DNA of 63,998 nucleotides, the filler included, from an uncultured bacterium (GTDB taxonomy: Bacteria > Auribacterota > CAZIXI01), in assembly GCA_964543115.1 (NCBI GenBank). It is 4 parts of 4 records of this genome, joined end to end, with 100 filler letters (N's around TTAATTAATTAA, not from the genome) between each part and the next. Parts side by side here need not be neighbours in the genome. Positions count along the whole stretch, not along the records: positions 38,157 to 56,747 come from CAZIXI010000042.1; positions 56,848 to 63,998 come from CAZIXI010000178.1; 2 more parts are not named here. One strand, 5' to 3'. Made by a program: the position numbers and the translations under genes. The stretch's first letter is position 1, and each line of letters begins with the position of its first letter. Below, in pieces: positions 47,570-58,429 of this stretch. Under the pieces are notes generated by a model. It did not search any database. It saw nothing but the letters and a program-made list of their open reading frames with translations, and was not told where the DNA came from.

Positions 47570-49501
47570 TTATTCCTTCAGCAGCGGATGTTCCATTCCT
47601 AAATCCCTGGCTTGCAAAGTGTATTTTCTCGCTTTATTATACTCTTTTTCGCGATAATATACTTCAGCTAAATTGTAATGAGCCAGGGCATTATCAGCAT
47701 CCACAGCAATCGCCTGTTCATAGCAGCTGAGGGCATTTTTTATTTTTCCCAGTTGATAATAGAGGTTCCCCATATTGATATATGTGCCGGCAAGTTGCGG
47801 ATTAATGCTGATCATTTTTTGTAGGCAAGAAAGAGCCTGTTCTATTTTTCCGGACTTTGCGTAGGTGATGGCAAGGTTATTATAGATTTCAGTGTCCCGG
47901 GGATTCAACTCAAGTGCCTGCTGGTACAGGTTGAGGGCCTGCTTATAGTTTCCGTTGATTCTGAGGGTGTTGGCCAGGTTAAAATAGGCGTCCGGATGGC
48001 GGGGGGTCATTTCGATTGCTTTCTGGAAACAGGAGATGGCCGCATTAATCTGGCCGTTTTCTTTATAGGCAGCACCGAGATTATTATAGGCATCCGTATA
48101 ATATGGATTTAATTCAATTGCCTTCTGGTAAAGCGCGATTGCCTGTTCAAATTGTTGATCGTCCTTCTGGATCAGGCCGAGGTTGCGGTAGGCATTAGCG
48201 TTTTCCGGATTCTGTTCGATTGATTGACGGTAGAAGTAAGCGGCCGTTTTATCCTGACCGTTATTTTTGTATGCGGCCCCCAGGTTGTTGAGCAGGCGGT
48301 AACTGGTTGGCGCGTATTTGAGTGTGCGTTCGTAGAAAGCGATGGGCTTGCGCCAATAGGTATTTTGCCTGATGGTCAGAGCGGAGTAGTAGATAATGAT
48401 TAGTAGAGTAACTGTAAGGGGCAATATTCTCTTTTTACGCTGCCAGAGTCCTGTCAGAAATCTGGCCAACAGCAGATAAAAACCGATTGCCGGCAGGTAA
48501 AGCCAGTGTTCCGACATATAGGCGTTAATGGGGTATAGATTTGACACCGGCATAAGACAAATAAAAAACCAGCAAGAGGCAAAAAAGAAAAGTTGGTGAC
48601 GACTTCTCTGGGTGACGGTATAGCCGAGCAGGAGAAGTGTTACGATGATTCCAATAATGACAGTAGCATCAGTAAAATGAAAAAGCTTGATTCCATACTC
48701 CATGTGAAGGGGGAAGGGCAGAATAAGAAGTTTCAGGTATTGGGCAATCGCGCTGAAAAATCCCGGCAGGCGTTGGCCGAAAGTTGTCGCCGAAGCGCTG
48801 TGGGGCAGGAGATCAGCAAGCAAGGTAAAGCGGATAGCAATGTAGGCAATGTCGGCAATAATAAAGAAGAGTAATCCGGCCCGGTTAATTTTTTTCCTAA
48901 AAGTATAATGGTAAAGGATAATGAGCAGCGGTAGAATCATGCTGTTTTCCCGGGCCAGCAGGGCGGCAAGGTAGGCGCCAGCCAGTAGAATAAATGTTAA
49001 TAACCGTTGTCGGCGGCAGAATTTCAGATAGAGAATGAAACTGAGGAGGAGAAAAGTGAGGGCCAGCGGGTCGGCGCGCCCGGAGATATAGGTTACCGCC
49101 TCTGTTTGGATGGGGTGGACAACAAAGAGCAGGCTGGTAAAAAAGGAAAGCAGCAGGTTATGGAAAAGAATGAAAACCAGCCAGTAAAGACAGAGAGCGG
49201 CTAGCAGGTGCCAGAGTATATTAGTCAGGTGATAACCGATTACATTAAATTTCCAGAGGCGATAGTCCAGGGCATAGGTGAGAATTTGTGCCGGGCGGTA
49301 AAAATAGTAGTTTATGCCGACGCCGGCGCCGATATTTTCGGTAAATACCCTGCCCAGGTGTGACCAGTTTTTTATGTAGACATTATCCTTAATTAGATGG
49401 TTATCGTCCCAGATGAACTCATTGGGCAGAGAATTGAAATAAACGCCGAAAGCGATAATAATAATTATAATAATTGAGGTAATATGTTTATTAACTATCA
49501 T
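47570..49501 (-). CDS. TMTC-like membrane glycosyltransferase with C-terminal TPRs (tandem paralog)
   Basis: FIWDD, YRPA, GYHLTNILWH, HPIQTEAVTYISGR, SEHWLYLPA, QNTYWRK, TPR array. Confidence 0.88.
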   Translation of the reverse strand: MIVNKHITSIIIIIIIAFGVYFNSLPNEFIWDDNHLIKDNVYIKNWSHLGRVFTENIGAGVGINYYFYRPAQILTYALDYRLWKFNVIGYHLTNILWHLLAALCLYWLVFILFHNLLLSFFTSLLFVVHPIQTEAVTYISGRADPLALTFLLLSFILYLKFCRRQRLLTFILLAGAYLAALLARENSMILPLLIILYHYTFRKKINRAGLLFFIIADIAYIAIRFTLLADLLPHSASATTFGQRLPGFFSAIAQYLKLLILPFPLHMEYGIKLFHFTDATVIIGIIVTLLLLGYTVTQRSRHQLFFFASCWFFICLMPVSNLYPINAYMSEHWLYLPAIGFYLLLARFLTGLWQRKKRILPLTVTLLIIIYYSALTIRQNTYWRKPIAFYERTLKYAPTSYRLLNNLGAAYKNNGQDKTAAYFYRQSIEQNPENANAYRNLGLIQKDDQQFEQAIALYQKAIELNPYYTDAYNNLGAAYKENGQINAAISCFQKAIEMTPRHPDAYFNLANTLRINGNYKQALNLYQQALELNPRDTEIYNNLAITYAKSGKIEQALSCLQKMISINPQLAGTYINMGNLYYQLGKIKNALSCYEQAIAVDADNALAHYNLAEVYYREKEYNKARKYTLQARDLGMEHPLLKE

Positions 49502-49695
49502 CTATTCTTTTCTTTTTACCTATTTATGTGCTTATTTCTGGGGGCTAGGGATCAAGATATGCTGTCGTATATGCTTCTTCGGGAAATGTTTAAAAAGCTT
49601 AAGATTTCTGCAGTATAGTTCATAAGACTATTGTTTATAGCACTTTACCAGGACACTGTTTATAGTAGTTTAGCAGGAAGATAGGTTATTTGTCA

Positions 49696-49834
49696 AGAGA
49701 AAAGCTTACACTATGACCTAAGGCAGTCTATAACCATTCCTCTATGGCAGTTTATATCCATTCCAATAATAGCAGCCCCCGACGCGTCGGGGGCAGTCCA
49801 AGCGAAGCTTGGGTCATAGTGTAAGGTTTTCTCT
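49696..49834. mobile_element. 139-bp MITE-like element with 27-bp terminal inverted repeats
   Basis: AGAGAAAAGCTTACACTATGACCTAAG (49696-49722) vs CTTGGGTCATAGTGTAAGGTTTTCTCT (49808-49834), 2 mismatches; interior holds diverged copies of the 47-bp unit; no target duplication seen. Confidence 0.6.
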
Positions 49835-49970
49835 AGTTTTCTTTTTAATTTCTTTTCAATATTTTCTAGTTTTTAGAGATATAGGTAAGATATTATTAAA
49901 AATTTATTTTACATTGCCCTATGTGGTTGAGTTGCAAAATGTTAAAAAATAAGAAATTTTTGTGGGAGGG

Positions 49971-49999
49971 TTGACAGTGGGGGGTTCTCATGGCATATT
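49971..49999 (+). promoter_or_regulatory. Sigma70-type promoter of the riboswitch-giant gene transcript
   Basis: TTGACA-N17-CATATT. Confidence 0.7.
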
Positions 50000-50035
50000 T
50001 AAGTAGAGATACGCAAAACCCGATAATCAACACAG

Positions 50036-50126
50036 CTTCGCTAAGGGTAAACTTCGAGTAATCGGGGGGCACAAAGCTACGGGTCCTTTTCCGCTGTTAG
50101 GGGACAGGAAAGCCGGGTTGCCGAAG
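50036..50126 (+). ncRNA. Cyclic di-GMP-I (GEMM) riboswitch aptamer
   Basis: P1 CTTCG/CGAAG; GGGTAAAC receptor, GTAA tetraloop, GGGCACAAAG junction with compensatory U-A pair, AGCCGGGTTGCCGAA 3' end; G at the position equivalent to G20. Confidence 0.9.
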
Positions 50127-50166
50127 AATTGAAATACCGATTCTTAGGCAATCCGGCTTCTTTTTT
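50110..50166 (+). terminator. Intrinsic terminator overlapping the riboswitch 3' strand
   Basis: AAGCCGGGTTGCC pairs with GGCAATCCGGCTT, inner AAGAAT/ATTCTT, followed by CTTTTTT. Confidence 0.88.
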
Positions 50167-50209
50167 GTACCGTGTATAAGTTACTTGGCTGTATCAAGAT
50201 GGGGGGCAT

Positions 50210-53200
50210 ATGGCCAGTTTCAAAAATAAATACAGGGTTTTTCTCCGCATTATTACTTATACAGTAATCTTCTGTTTTCTTTCCCAAAGTTATGTTCAGG
50301 CCCAGGGGCCGATTCAGACCACCATTCAAGCTCCCCAGACTAAGTTAACTGATATTGCCGCGCATGATCTCATCCTGGATACTATGCTGCCAAACGTCAA
50401 TGATCTCCAAATACCGGAGAATATGGGGAAGATCCAGGAACGTTATCCGGGGAACCACGGGAAGCTGATTGTTCACATTCAGGATTCCCACGCGCATTAC
50501 CAGGCGCAGCAGAATTGTGCCCGGATCCTGGAATGGCTGGCGGCTAACAGCCTTAACGGCGGCCGGAAACTGCTGGCGGTAGAAGGCGCAGCCGGTCCCT
50601 TAACCACTAAGATGTTCCGGAACATTCCTGAGGAAAAGATTAAGCAGGCGGTAAGTGATTATTTCCTCAAACATGCGTATATTAACGGTGCGGAATATTT
50701 TACGATCTTCTCTCAGGCAAATGTACTGCTTTATGGAGTGGAAGATGAGAAACTCTACCGGCAAAATCTGGCTGCCTTCCGCCAGGCCCAGGAAAGCAAA
50801 AAGGATATCTGGCCTTATATTAAGCAGCTCCAGCAGGGTGCTGAGGGGCTGATCCAAAATGTTTATTCTGGTAAGCTGGCTTCCTGGTATCAAAAAGTAC
50901 ATGACTATCATGCCAATAAGCTTTCCTTTTCTGAATATCTTAAGGTCTTAATGGAACGGGCCGGTGATATTGGTTATCCGAATATTAAACTTATCCAGCA
51001 GTGTATGGCCAGCGAAGCGGAGTTGGATATGGCTAAACTAGAGCGGGAACGAGAAGCGGTTGTTCGGCAGCTGGAAAAGCTGATGGTGAAAGAGGAGCTG
51101 CAGGAGTTTGTTAAAAAGAGTTTGAGCTTTCGTAGCGGCCAGATTGATGCAAAAGAGTATTATGAATATTTGCAATTTCGGATTTCAGATTGCGGATTGC
51201 GGATCAATGATTATCGGAATTTGAAGAAGTATATCGAGTTGGTAAAGATTTACGCAAAGGTGAAGAGTAAAGAATTGTTTGTGGAATGTGACCGGTTGGA
51301 AGCTGATATAAAAAATAAAGTATTTAGTAAACCGGAACAATTGCAGTTGGATGAATTGCTTAAAGGACTGCGGACGGTGGAGCATCTGGTGGAGCTGAAA
51401 TTGAACCGGGAAGAACTTGCCTATTATAAAGAGAATAAAGACGAGTTGCGCTTGAGTAAACAGGCGGCTGTTTATAATAAAATTGCTAACCAACCGAAAT
51501 CAGCGGTACAGGAGTTTAATTATAACATTTTCGAGCAGTTCTACAAACTGGCCGTCAAACGTGATAGTGCCCTTATTGATACTACCCTGCGGAAGATGAA
51601 GGCAGAGGGGATTAAGACCGCCTTCCTGGTAACCGGTGGTTTTCATAGTGAGGCAATTGCCGAGGAATTGGAAATGCAGGATATTTCTTATGTGATTGCT
51701 TCTCCCTTTATTGATAAGCCGGCCAGGGAAGATACTTATCTTAAGCTGATGATGAACGTGAAAACACCCTTTGAACAGATGCTGGACGCCGCCGGCAAAC
51801 GGCTGGCTAATCCGGCAATGGTTACGGTTCCGCTAGAGCGCAGTTTGGATGGTTTGCTGGGTGAGGGGAGGGACCGGCGGCAGGCACAATTGAGTTTGCT
51901 TAGCCGCCTGCTGGATGCGGCCTTTTTGCGGAAAAACGCGTATAAATCTAAATCGGCAATCATGCGGGCTTATACGGAGATGGTGGCAAAACGGGCGGGG
52001 TACATGGAACTCACCGGTTTTGGTCAAACCAGGGATAATAAACTTTTTTACGCTACTTACAAAACTAAGCTGGGATTGGAATATACAATGGTTGTTCCTT
52101 TAAGTCAGTTGAAGAGTACCCGTTTGAGAAAGGCCCTGCGCGAGACAAATTCAAGTGTAGCGGCAGAAGAAAAACTGACGGTTGCCGGTGAAGAAATTTC
52201 TATATTGTTTTTGGTGGAAAACACGCTGGAACTGATTTGGCCGCTGCTGGAAAAAGGCAAACGACGGGTGGGGCCGCCGGTGTTTCAGCCGAAAACCGAA
52301 AAGGGCAAAAAAACACCGGCGCGCGCCCAGACTTATCTGGAACTCAGGCGGCAGCAGGAAAAGGCGGTGCGGAGACAGCCGCCGGCAGTGCCGGTTCCGG
52401 TAGCTGAAGATGATATTGTTGAGGTTGTTGAGGAAGTTGAAGAAGAAGATATTATTAGTGAACGTCTGGCCGCCCAGCGGATGTTTGTTCTTTCTCTTTT
52501 AGCCGGGTTGGCCAGGATAAGAAAGGCCAGGGGGGGGATCTTAATTCTTGTTTTGCTGCCTTTATTTACTTCCGGCTGTGATGTCCTCGGTATGGGCTAT
52601 ATGACGACAATGGTGTTAGTGGGCTTAGTGGTATTAGGTACCATTATTCCCGCTGATAAAAAAGAAAAACGGACTACATTAAGGCTCCGCTTCAAAAGGC
52701 TGCTGGATTTGTTGATAGGAAGAGAGGAGCCCCGGGTTGTTGAACCCGTGGAGGAACCGGTAGCTGTCGAGAAACCGGATGAGGAGCCGGTCGCAGAAGT
52801 AGCAGCGGAAGATAAAGAAGTGGCCCGGGTGCTGGCGATGGCGGAAGAGGTTGAACAGCGGGCGGCGAAAAGAATAACAGAAAAGGCTCCCAGGACTATT
52901 GAGGAGCGGGAAGAAGATAATTACATCGTCGAAATTGCCGGGGTGATTGAAGCGATTGGCCGGGAGAACGGATTTTTATTATTTACAAAAAAATATAAGG
53001 TTAATGACGTGGAATTCCAATTGGGAGAAGTTGAACAGGCCTTTGAGGCGCAGTTTAAGAAAGAGCACCCGGAAGAGTATCATCAGCTGGAAAAGATCTG
53101 GCAAGATAAGCCGCAGCAGCAAAAAGTGATTGCTTTACCCGTTGGAGTAGCTATTGGCGCAATTGAAGAAGAAGTAACCGTGTATTATGGGGACTTAAAT

Positions 53201-56200
53201 GCAGAAGAGTTAAAAGTAGTTCTTTTCTGGTATCAGCAGTGGCAAGAATTCCTAAATAGAATAAAGGGCAACCTGGCGGAGATGGCTCTATCGCTGCGGG
53301 TAAGGCAGCCGGAGGAACCAACAGTAGCAGCGGAAGAAATTACTATTGAAGGCGCGGCTGCCAGTGAGGCGCTGGTGCCTGCTCCGGTTACCGCGATGGT
53401 TTTGGTGCGCAGACAAGAGATAAGCCCGGTGGCCTTGACCTATGCTGCGGCGTTACAGCTTAGTCCAGGGGCAGCATCTTTGCCGGAAGAGAAGCAGGCA
53501 GTACTACTGCCGGAACGTACACAAACGCGGCAAGAAGATGATGAAGAAACCCGCTTGTTATGGGAACAGCTGACCGGAAGAGTGGAAGAAATGACGGAAA
53601 TGTTGATTGAAGATGCTGACCTGGTTGAGGCAGCAAATGGTTTTGACCTACAAGTTTTCGCCAAAAAACATAGATACCGTTACCGGGTTCTTTCCGGTAT
53701 TGCCGGTGAGAATGGCAGTAGTTGGCCGGGAGTGGAACCTGTCGCCAGATTGCAGTTGGAGAAGATGCAAAATAAGTTCCAGGTCTTAACCCATGAACAA
53801 CGGGTAGTTGTTGAAGACTGGTACGATAAATTACATGAATATCTTGTTGAACAGGTGCAGGAGGAAATAAGTGGGAGTGTTAAGGCCAGTGCTGTTCTGC
53901 GGTTAAAAATGAAAGAGCGGCTATTGTTACAAGCACAGGAGTATTTTACCGAAAAATTTCAGCGGGAAGTGCCCACTGCCTATGCCTTGCTGGCCGGAAT
54001 AGCGGCCTGGCCGGAAGTAAAGTTTCCCGTCGGCTTAAATCTTCGGATACTTGAGCAGATAGGGCCATTAACCGGCGCTGAAAAACAGGCAATGGCCGAA
54101 TGGTACAAGTACTGGATTGCCTATCTGCAAGAATTGGCTGAGAGTTTCAATCGTGTTGGTGAATTAATGGAGGTTGACCGGGAACTGCGGGATAAACTGA
54201 AAATATTGGCTGCGCTGCGCAAGGAAAAAGATCGTAAGCCGGCCGGTTATCGTGAAGCGCTGGACTTAGAATTAGCGGAAATACAGGTGCCGGAAGAGTT
54301 GACGGGATTTTCAGATCTGGCTAAGTTGCGGCAGGCAGAAGAAGAATGCCGGATCCTGCAGGGCTGGTTGCTGATTACTGATAATCAGATCAGGGAGCTG
54401 CAGGGGACGCAGGGCGGTTTTCAGATTGAGTATAAGGTGTTAACCGGTAAGATTGAGGCGGTAAGGACAGAGTATGGCCAGTTATTACAAACCCTGGCTC
54501 TTAGCGATAGTGAAGAGAAATACGGGATGACGATAGTTGATTTAGAAGAGGCCCTGCAAGCCCGATTCCGGCGCAGTCATCCACAGGAATTCCGGATATT
54601 GCGGGGGATTTCTCTCTGGCAGCAAAAAAAGTTTGAGCCGAACTATTATGGTAATTTCAGGCAGTTATATCAGAAGATGACCAGCCAGGAAATCGAAGCA
54701 CTCTGGGAGTGGTACCGGGAGTGCGAGATATATTTGGAAAAGATAGCTGAAATTTCATCAGGTCTGGAAGTTAATACTAAGTTTAACAATCAGTTAAAAA
54801 CCTTAAACCTGCTGCGGCAGAGCCAGGGCCGGGAGCCGTTGGTTTTGGAGAGTTTGATCGCCCGGCAGGCGGAGATGGTGGCTATCCCGGCAGAAGATGC
54901 CGGAATCGCGGAAGCGGAGATGATCGCGTGCTTGTTAAAGGAAATGGAAATTAAACAGGGTATGCTCTCAGGGCTCGAGGGACAGTTAGCCGATTTCCGG
55001 CAGCGGAGGGAAGAGGCGGATTTTGGCGAGTTTTTAGCGGAAAAGATAAGAGATATTAATGATATATATTTACCTATTATTAGCCTGGGGGGAGGGTATC
55101 TGCGGGAATTAGGAATTGATCTGGCAGCGATGCAGTTATCATTCGCCGCTGAGTTCCAGCAACAATCGCCGCTGGAATATGCCATTCTGCAGGGAGTTGA
55201 ATCCTGGCAGAATGAAAAGGTGATAACTGGTGAACCGGGAGAAGCAATCGGTGAAAGATTCCGGGGGTTAACGTTTAATGAACAAAATGCCCTGCTGCTC
55301 TGGTACACGCGCTGGGAGCAGTACCTGGGAGAAGTGACCGGCCGGGTAGATTATCTGCACAAATTTCTGCTGCCGCTGGACCTGGAAAAAGAGTTGAGTT
55401 TGCTGGGAGTTCATCGCCGGTCCGGGCACTATCGTCAGGTAGTCGGCCGGGAATTGGAGCAGATAGTTGTTCCTGCTGATTTGGCCAACCGGCCGGTAGA
55501 GGCAAAGCTCTGGCGGGAAGAGAAAAGATTAGCGGTTTGCCGGCGCTGGCAGGCAATTATCCGGGAGCAGTTGCAAGAGTTGACTATGGAAGCGGATGAA
55601 ACGGCGGAAAAGAAATTCTGGGTTGATTTATTGGCGGAGACATCCGCATTGTCTTATTTGCCGGAACAGGTGCTTGATGGTTTGGCGGCCGCGGTGTACC
55701 AGGCGTTTGAGGAGCAGTTCCAGCGGGAAGATGTTACCGCTTATACCACTCTTTCCGGAATTGCAGAGTGGCAGGAGAAAAAGTTTATTACGCGGGAACT
55801 GAAACCGGCTGAGGAATTGTTCAGCGAACCGTTAACCGGCAGGCAATGGCTGGCCGCGCGGCGCTGGTTCAGGGCGCGGCAGCAGCACACAGAATATCTG
55901 CAGACTGTGTTAACCGCCGGTGAAAGACTGGCAGAAGCAGAAGAGGAGTTAATCGCGCTGTTTAGCAAGATAGAGGAATTTAATCTGAATAATTTAGTGT
56001 ATGACAAAGAGCAGATGGATATTGATTTGCTGCAAGAACAGTTAACCGCGGCGGTAACAGCGGCGCAAGCTGACGTACCGGCCAATATCCGCGATATCCC
56101 CTTGGCGGAACGTGCCTGGTTGTTAGAGCGAGAGTTAGCGGTAAAGGAACAGTGGTTATCAGAGAACGTGTTCAGGAAATGGAAAGTAACGTGAGTGAAA

Positions 56201-56747
56201 GAGAAGATGAAGTTGATCCGCGGGGAAAAATATTGCTGCAGAGACTGACAGAGATTAAGCAGGGTTGTTTCCAGGGTAAGTTGGCGGCATTAATGACTGT
56301 TCGCGGACAGCTTGCTGATCTGCGTGCTGACCGGCAGGCGATGGAGACGATTATCGATAATCAGTTGCTACAGGGTAAGTATCAGGAAGTTGTCCGGTTG
56401 GTTAGCCTGGTGGAAGAAATTGATGCCTTGTTTGCGCTGAATGAGGAGTTGAGCCGGGGCACTGACCCGGTGGAAAGAAAGGCGCAATTAGAAACAATTC
56501 TGGAAAAGGCTGGTTATCTCTTTGCCGCCCTGGATTGGTCCGGGGTAGGGCGCAATGAAGAGCTAAAGAGAAAAAAGAAGATTGTTCGGGATGTGCGGCC
56601 GCTGCTGTTTAGGGATTTAATTCCCCAGCGGTTGATAAATACGGAATTTAGTGATGAACCGGAAATTAAGGAAGCTTATTTACAGATCAAGGAAATCTAT
56701 CAGCAGGGCGGCCTGGCTTATGCCTCTGAGATAATGTTATGGCTGAG
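50210..56747 (+). CDS. Giant secreted protein (>2,100 aa, 3' truncated by gap, one frameshift near 56155)
   Basis: Signal peptide; HIQDSHAHYQAQ/LLAVEGAAG/YGVED/VTGGFHS N-domain; hydrophobic segment; helical repeats; ORF 56152+ continues the repeat register. Confidence 0.8.
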
Positions 56748-56847
56748 NNNNNNNNNNNNNNNNNNNNNNNNNNNNNNNNNNNNNNNNNNNNTTAATTAAT
56801 TAANNNNNNNNNNNNNNNNNNNNNNNNNNNNNNNNNNNNNNNNNNNN
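56748..56847. other. Assembly gap with artificial linker
   Basis: N runs around TTAATTAATTAA (56791-56802). Confidence 0.98.
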
Positions 56848-56996
56848 ATGCTGACGAGTCGGAAACGTCGTTGGGCCTATACCTCTTCCCCGAAATGGTC
56901 AAGATGGAATACGCCGTAGATACAGAAGGCGTGTCCTTCTTGCCGGACGGTCACCTGGACAAGTCCGTAGATCCGTTCCGCCGGCCATGCCGCTGG
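56848..56996 (+). pseudogene. Creatininase-family-like fragment at contig start (probably chimeric)
   Basis: Frame from 56850 reads ADESETSLGLYLFPEMVKMEYAVDTEGVSFLPDGHLDKSVDPFRRP, resembling the HAxExETS motif region. Confidence 0.5.
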
Positions 56997-57801
56997 GGTA
57001 GCCTTTACCGTTAAAGAATTCATGATGATGGAGGATCATCGTATAGTCAATGTGGGTGAGCTTCAAGGGCGCTAACAGCCTGCTGCCAATTTCAGGATGG
57101 CGTTTAATCTGCTGATATTCATCCTGGCTGAGTTTACCGGATTTGGTGAGCACTTTATCGTCTATTCCAACCTTGCCGATATCGTGAATCAAAGTGGTGT
57201 TTTTTAAGATTCTGGTTGTTTTCTCCGCATAACCCAATTGTCTGGCGATAGAGACCACGTAATCAGCGACATTGACAGCGTGTCCCTTTACCTTTGGCTC
57301 CTTGGCCTCCAGGGTTTTGTGCAGGGCATCAAGAATATGAAAATATTCGTCTCTGGATATTTCTTCTAAAGGCAATAGACTTGCCTTTATCTTTTCTCTT
57401 TCCGTCTCATCTTTCTCTAATTCTGCCTGTTTCAAAGTCTCTTTCACCATATGCCTTAAGTATGTAGCATCGAAAGGCTTAAGAATAAAATCTGTTGCAC
57501 CCATTCTTAAGGCGTCAATGGCGGATTGATGAGATCGTACCCCGGTAATAATAATTACAGGTATAGAATAATCGATTTCCTTAATATGTTGCAACACCTC
57601 CAATCCCTGCATCTTAGGCATAGTTAGGTCCAACATAATCAAACCAATCTTATTCTGTTGAGTAATATCTAGGCATTTTATACCGTCCTCCGCCGTAAGC
57701 ACCTGATAGAGATTGTCGAGTACCATTTTCATGGATTCACGTACCCCGGCCTGATCATCAACAATGAGTATTTTTGAATCTAGAATGCTTTCAGTAGGCA
57801 C
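56899..57801 (-). CDS. Response regulator with HD-GYP domain, C-terminus lost after about 56980
   Basis: REC (LIVDDQ, MLDLTMP, KPFD); GHAVNV, IHDIGKVGI, HHHEFFNGKGYPSG; expected RIIAVAD...RPY tail absent. Confidence 0.85.
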   Translation of the reverse strand: MPTESILDSKILIVDDQAGVRESMKMVLDNLYQVLTAEDGIKCLDITQQNKIGLIMLDLTMPKMQGLEVLQHIKEIDYSIPVIIITGVRSHQSAIDALRMGATDFILKPFDATYLRHMVKETLKQAELEKDETEREKIKASLLPLEEISRDEYFHILDALHKTLEAKEPKVKGHAVNVADYVVSIARQLGYAEKTTRILKNTTLIHDIGKVGIDDKVLTKSGKLSQDEYQQIKRHPEIGSRLLAPLKLTHIDYTMILHHHEFFNGKGYPSGMAGGTDLRTCPGDRPARRTRLLYLRRIPS

Positions 57802-58247
57802 AATAGTAACTCCTCTATTACGCTAATGTTAGAAACAAGTTTACTGTAAATAAAACATGAAAATGCCAGGAAAAGAGAAAAAAAACGAATTATAAACAGG
57901 TGTATCTCTGGTACAATCTATTGTAAAAGAGAAACTTACCCTCTATAACTGATAAATGAATGACTGGAAAATTTGAAAGGTGCTGCTGTCGGGGATTGGG
58001 TAGGACTTTAGTGTCAAAAACAATGTCCAAATATATCAAATCAACTTATTTTTGTCAATATAAAAACATGACGAATTGCTCCGCAAAAAGATTTGAGGAG
58101 TTAATGTTAACTGTTACAATAGGGTGATTTTAGGCCGTTGTTATGTGTCAGAAAAAAAAAATAATCTATATTATATTATGTTAATCCAATTTAAGTGTTC
58201 CCGGTCCTATGTTCCGGGACCCGAAACAATGGCAGTTGACAAATAAC

Positions 58248-58268
58248 ACTGTCCGTTTATAGGACAGT
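58248..58268. promoter_or_regulatory. Palindromic protein-binding site (candidate enhancer) in divergent intergenic region
   Basis: ACTGTCC-N7-GGACAGT. Confidence 0.5.
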
Positions 58269-58391
58269 TTATTTGGAAAATGTCCCATAATTGATGAATA
58301 AGTAGAAGCTAAATCAGGCTTTTTATGCATCTAACACTTTGTATATCAATCTGTTTGCTTTTATCAAGAAATTATTTAAATTTAGGTTTAT

Positions 58392-58407
58392 TGGTGCTAA
58401 AATTGCT
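58392..58407 (+). promoter_or_regulatory. Possible sigma54 promoter (or extended -10) for 58430-60973
   Basis: TGGTGCTAAAATTGCT has GG-N10-GC spacing but also reads as TG-c-TAAAAT. Confidence 0.35.
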
Positions 58408-58429
58408 ACTAATTTAGTGGGGGATAATA

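Noticed and set aside
52540..52580. Internal lipoprotein start (LPLFTSGC) in the giant protein
   Set aside because: The lipobox is imperfect (Thr at -3) and no separate start with a ribosome binding site is evident.
56899..56975. Novel C-terminal extension on the HD-GYP protein
   Set aside because: Better explained as read-through into unrelated, probably chimeric DNA.
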